From assembly GCA_964576015.1 (NCBI GenBank), contig CAZNTO010000002.1, forward strand, positions 10,081-40,123: a stretch of 30,043 bases of DNA, written 5' to 3'. The stretch is from an uncultured Nitrososphaerota archaeon (GTDB taxonomy: Archaea; Thermoproteota; Methanomethylicia; Methanomethylicales; Methanomethylicaceae). The notes beneath the pieces are model-generated. The model did not search any database, had not been told where the DNA came from, and worked only from the letters and a program-made list of their open reading frames with translations. Each line of letters starts with the position of its first letter. Position 1 is the stretch's first letter. The translations under genes were made by a program, and so were the position numbers. This document shows, piece by piece, positions 26,363 through 30,043 of the stretch.

Positions 26363-27076
26363 TTATTTGGTTTTCTTTAGGGCTCTAAGCGAGTTGTAGG
26401 CGGGTATCGCTATAGTTATCCCTACCAGGACCTGCCCTACATTAAAGGGAACCTCGGCCAAGGCTACGTAGCCTAGAACGAACTCTTCGTAGAGATAGTA
26501 GCCCAGCACCATGAAGAAGCCAGACACGGCGGCAGAAAGCACGAGCCACCCCACTTCCGGCCGGGCCACAAAGGAGATCAGGACTACTATAGCGCCGATT
26601 ATCAGTCCAATGAGAGCCCAGATCGCCTGCGTCATGCTAACGGTAAAGGATGCCCCAAAGCCAGGCAGACCTAATGAGATCTCAGACGACCCAACATAGT
26701 AGGTACTTCCAAGCAGGAAAACGGATGAGGAGAGGATCGCACCCACTATAAGTGAGAGCAGCCGCCAGTACCTAGGTTTTAGCTGGGGCTTTCTGGTGGC
26801 AAGAAGACCAAGTACACCCCCCTCTACCCCCTTTATCACCAAGGTTGCGGGCGCGAAGAAGAAGTACCCTAGTATTAAATCAGCTATCATGGATCCCACG
26901 CCTCCAGCAAAGGCACCAGCATAGGGACCCGCCAGGAGCGCGACTATGTAGACCATGGACTCCCCGATGTTGAAGTAGCCCCTTGTTGCGGGGACGTATA
27001 CAGTGAATACGAAGGTCGATACCGCCACCAGCCCAGTGTAGAAGGCTAAGAGCGGGATCGTTCTGGCATTGAGCAA
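26363..27076 (-). CDS. ECF transporter S component, substrate unknown
   Basis: GYFNIGESMVY, GGVGSMIADL and TLVIKGVEG motifs with multiple transmembrane segments. Confidence 0.85.
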   Translation of the reverse strand: MLNARTIPLLAFYTGLVAVSTFVFTVYVPATRGYFNIGESMVYIVALLAGPYAGAFAGGVGSMIADLILGYFFFAPATLVIKGVEGGVLGLLATRKPQLKPRYWRLLSLIVGAILSSSVFLLGSTYYVGSSEISLGLPGFGASFTVSMTQAIWALIGLIIGAIVVLISFVARPEVGWLVLSAAVSGFFMVLGYYLYEEFVLGYVALAEVPFNVGQVLVGITIAIPAYNSLRALKKTK

Positions 27077-27224
27077 GCGTTTTTTCCTCTGTAAATGTAG
27101 GTGGGCATACGCATAAAAACGTGTTTCTCGGCAAATTTTGCGGCTTCCCTCAGTTATTTTTGCGTTTAATAGGGGTTAAATATCTGACCGACTAGAAGGG
27201 AGATGAGAGAAGGAGGTTACACAG

Positions 27225-28208
27225 TTGCCAGAATTACGTGAAGTCATGTGGACAGAGAAGTACCGCCCAAAAACCCTCCACGAGATCGTGAATCAGGCAG
27301 AGATAATCGAGCGGCTCGAGCGGTTCGTTAAGCAGAAGTCAATGCCAAACTGCCTCTTTGCGGGTCCGCCGGGTACCGGGAAGACCACTGCCGCCCTTTG
27401 CTTAGCGATGGATCTCTTCGGAAAGCAGTATCACAAGAATTACTTAGAGCTCAACGCGAGCGACGAGAGGGGTATCGATGTGGTCCGGACGACGGTGAAG
27501 GACTTTGCCAGGACTATAAGCATGGCAGAGGCACCCTTCAAGGTTCTCGTGTTAGACGAGGCGGACAATATGACATCGGACGCCCAGCAGGCGCTTAGGC
27601 GTACGATGGAGATGTATACAAATACGTGCAGGTTCATCCTAGCCTGCAACTACTTCAGCAAGATTATCGAGCCCATACAGTCGAGGTGCGCCTTCTTTAG
27701 GTTCGCCCCCCTAAAGCCCGAGGATATCAAGGCGAGGGTGAAGTACATCTGCGGATTGGAGAGGGTGGATATCACGCCAGGTGGTCTAGAGGCGCTCATC
27801 TATGTGGGAGGGGGCGATCTGAGGAGGGTTGTCAACACGCTACAGGCGGCTGCTGCAGTCGGGGACAGGATCGATGAGAAGGTTATCTACAGGATCGCAG
27901 GCAGGGTAAGCCAAAAGGAGATCAGGGTATTTCTTGAGAAGGCACTTGATGGAGACTTCAATGCGGCGAGGGAGGAGACCGTGAAGCTTATGGTGGAGTA
28001 TGGTCTCTCTGGTCTGGATATAGTGAAGCAGATCCACAGGGAACTCCTAGGTCTCGACCTTGACGAGCGGGTGAAGCTCCAGCTCATCGAGGTCGTGGGC
28101 GAGGCTGAATACAGGCTGTTGGAGGGCGGGAGTGACGAGATCCAGATGAACGCTGTGCTGGCTAAGATAGCGATGATCGGAAGGGGCAGCAAGGGGAGAG
28201 GGCATTGA
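27225..28208 (+). CDS. rfcS: Replication factor C small subunit
   Basis: Motifs WTEKYRP, GPPGTGKTT, ELNASDERG, LDEAD, SRC and GDLRR. AGGAGG ribosome-binding site before the TTG. Confidence 0.97.
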   Translation: MPELREVMWTEKYRPKTLHEIVNQAEIIERLERFVKQKSMPNCLFAGPPGTGKTTAALCLAMDLFGKQYHKNYLELNASDERGIDVVRTTVKDFARTISMAEAPFKVLVLDEADNMTSDAQQALRRTMEMYTNTCRFILACNYFSKIIEPIQSRCAFFRFAPLKPEDIKARVKYICGLERVDITPGGLEALIYVGGGDLRRVVNTLQAAAAVGDRIDEKVIYRIAGRVSQKEIRVFLEKALDGDFNAAREETVKLMVEYGLSGLDIVKQIHRELLGLDLDERVKLQLIEVVGEAEYRLLEGGSDEIQMNAVLAKIAMIGRGSKGRGH

Positions 28209-29401
28209 GCCTTCCCTGGTCGGAGCGCTTCAAGCCAAAGATATTGCAGGAGATAGTGGGGAACTACTCGTCGGCAGAGCAGCTACTCAATTGGGTCAGA
28301 GCCAGACTTGAGGGTGAGGGAATAAAGAAGGCGGCGCTTCTGAGCGGCCCGCCAGGGACGGGCAAGACGCTCTCGGTTGGCATCGTGGCGGGGATGCTCG
28401 ACCTTGAACTCATTGAGATGAATGCCAGCGACTTCAGGACCGAGGAGCTTGTGGACAAAATGGTGGGCGGCGCGACTCTTCAAGCGTCTCTATTCGGTAG
28501 GAGGGGTAAGCTCGTCTTCTTTGATGAGCTCGACGGTATATCCGGAAGGGAGGATAGGGGAGGACTGGCGGCGATTCTTAAGATTATAAGGGAGACGAAA
28601 TACCCTGTCGTTCTAGCGGTCAACGACCCTTGGGATCCTAGGTTCAGATCACTTAGAGAAATCTGTGAGATGATACAGTTCAGGAGGATAAGGAGTCCGA
28701 GCGCTGAGGTTCAGTTGAAGAGGATCGCGAGGCTCGCTAATGTCTTGGTGGATGATGCCCTGATAAAGAGGGTTGCGGAGAGGACTGGCGGCGATCTGAG
28801 GGCGGCGATAAACGACCTTCAGATGCTGGCCGAGGGGCGGAGGTCCCTCAGAGACGGCGATGTGGGTTTGCTGCCCCAGAGGGCACAGGAGAAGGGAATA
28901 TTCGATGTCATGAAGGGGATATTCTCAGCCCAGGGCTGCTTGGAGGCAAAGCTCGCAGTCGAGGGGTCCTCGGTGGACATAGAAATGGTTTTGCAGTGGA
29001 TTAACGAGAACATACCCAATCAGTACACCAATCCAGAGGAGAGGGCTGAGGCGTACGACTGGTTCTCCAAAGCGGATATTTTCATGGGCAGAGTAAAGAG
29101 GGGGCAGATGTGGGATCTGATGAGCTACGCCATTGAGCTCGCAACCGGCGGTGCTGCTCTTGCGAGGAGGGGGCCTTACAGGTTTACAAGGTACAACTTC
29201 CCAAGGAGGATAGGCATGCTCAGCCGAAGCAAAGAGGTCAGAGGAAGGAAGAGGGAGGTCCTGAAGGCGATTGGAGGAGAGATGCACACGTCTGTGAAGA
29301 AGGTAGCAACGGAGTACCTCCCTTACATGGAGATGATGGTTGAAAATAGTAAGCTCCCAAGAGACCTTCTCAGCTGGGCAGAAGATAGTAAGGAGACCTA
29401 A
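28205..29401 (+). CDS. rfcL: Replication factor C large subunit (short form, 398 aa)
   Basis: Motifs PWSERFKP, GPPGTGKT, EMNASD, FDELDG, GDLRAAINDLQ, WINENIP and ADIF. Confidence 0.93.
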   Translation: MSLPWSERFKPKILQEIVGNYSSAEQLLNWVRARLEGEGIKKAALLSGPPGTGKTLSVGIVAGMLDLELIEMNASDFRTEELVDKMVGGATLQASLFGRRGKLVFFDELDGISGREDRGGLAAILKIIRETKYPVVLAVNDPWDPRFRSLREICEMIQFRRIRSPSAEVQLKRIARLANVLVDDALIKRVAERTGGDLRAAINDLQMLAEGRRSLRDGDVGLLPQRAQEKGIFDVMKGIFSAQGCLEAKLAVEGSSVDIEMVLQWINENIPNQYTNPEERAEAYDWFSKADIFMGRVKRGQMWDLMSYAIELATGGAALARRGPYRFTRYNFPRRIGMLSRSKEVRGRKREVLKAIGGEMHTSVKKVATEYLPYMEMMVENSKLPRDLLSWAEDSKET

Positions 29402-30043
29402 GAGTTAAGGCCTTTAGGAAGAGCTCCTTTATTTCCATGTCCGAGCAACCCCTCCGAATGAGATCCAGCGTATCAATCAGGTTATCTGACTTCATTAGGC
29501 AAGGCTTCAGCTTTCCGTCGCTCGTCACCCTCAGCCGAGAGCACCTCATGCAGAAATTTGGGTTGTTCATGGGGCGCACGACCTCCACTGGTAACCCGTT
29601 CACCATGTACCTCCTCCTTTGGTTCATGCCCTCCCGCTCCGTAACATGGTCAGCACTCCTTGCTAGCCGCTCCTCGATATCTAAGAGGTCCTTGTGGTAT
29701 TTCTCAAAGAAGGGCTGCTTTAGGTTCAGGTTCTCGAGTTCTATGATCTGGAGACCGCCATGGATGGATCTTGCGAATTGTAAGAGCTGATCTATCTCAC
29801 CCTCGTTGACTCCCTTCATTATGACGACGTTTAACTTGATCTCCACGCCCAGCCCTTGTGCCTCCCTTATACCCTCGATGACCTCTTCCAAGAATCCGCC
29901 AGTGAGTGAGTGGTAGACTTCAGGCCTTATGCTGGGAAGGGAGACATTTAGGCGATGCAGACCGGCATCAACCAGGTCCCGAGCATATAGCTTCAGTAAA
30001 GATCCATTGGTGGTTATGGCGACATCCTCCAAGTTCATGGATA
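29370..30043 (-). CDS. moaA: GTP 3',8-cyclase MoaA, 5' part lies beyond the window
   Basis: ITTNG, RLNVSL, IKLNVV and the C-terminal cluster motif FCMRCSRLRVTSDGKLKPCL. The frame is open to the window edge. Confidence 0.92.
   Translation of the reverse strand, partial: SMNLEDVAITTNGSLLKLYARDLVDAGLHRLNVSLPSIRPEVYHSLTGGFLEEVIEGIREAQGLGVEIKLNVVIMKGVNEGEIDQLLQFARSIHGGLQIIELENLNLKQPFFEKYHKDLLDIEERLARSADHVTEREGMNQRRRYMVNGLPVEVVRPMNNPNFCMRCSRLRVTSDGKLKPCLMKSDNLIDTLDLIRRGCSDMEIKELFLKALTLRSPYYLLPS

Noticed and set aside
23684-28208. Inteins in MCM or RFC small subunit
   Set aside because: Both proteins are of normal length with contiguous Walker motifs and no intein termini.
884-29790. Numerous 60-235 aa ORFs antisense to or nested in housekeeping genes (e.g. 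7546-8253, 17949-18572, 19732-20343, 23721-24194)
   Set aside because: They are shadow frames of well-supported genes and have no recognisable motifs.
1-30043. CRISPR arrays, transposases, rRNA genes
   Set aside because: No regularly spaced repeats, transposase motifs or rRNA-like sequence were seen.

Overview
Archaeal chromosomal window. The GGAGGTGA-type ribosome-binding sites, BRE/TATA promoters, gins23-mcm-hel308 and rfcS-rfcL arrangements, archaeal CCA-adding enzyme and BHB tRNA intron point to an archaeon, probably TACK/Thermoproteota (lineage is inference only). Most of it is densely packed housekeeping genes: RNA processing (trm11, rnz, thpR, cca), replication (mcm, gins23, hel308, rfcS/L), metabolism (prs, eno, pncB, uppS, moaA) and two tRNAs. 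Main result: the PflX-like radical SAM gene at 6306-7444 (-) looks frameshifted. It is interrupted by a 20-nt insert (6941-6960) that folds into a canonical bulge-helix-bulge. Cutting at the standard endonuclease positions restores the frame and rebuilds FTVFSLGCNFRCLHC, so this is a candidate tRNA-type intron in a protein-coding mRNA. Secondary points: hel308 has no ATG/GTG/TTG start upstream of its conserved Q-motif, and an AT-richer segment between the two tRNAs carries a PD-(D/E)xK-like nuclease gene followed by a roughly 230-nt strongly base-paired unassigned element.
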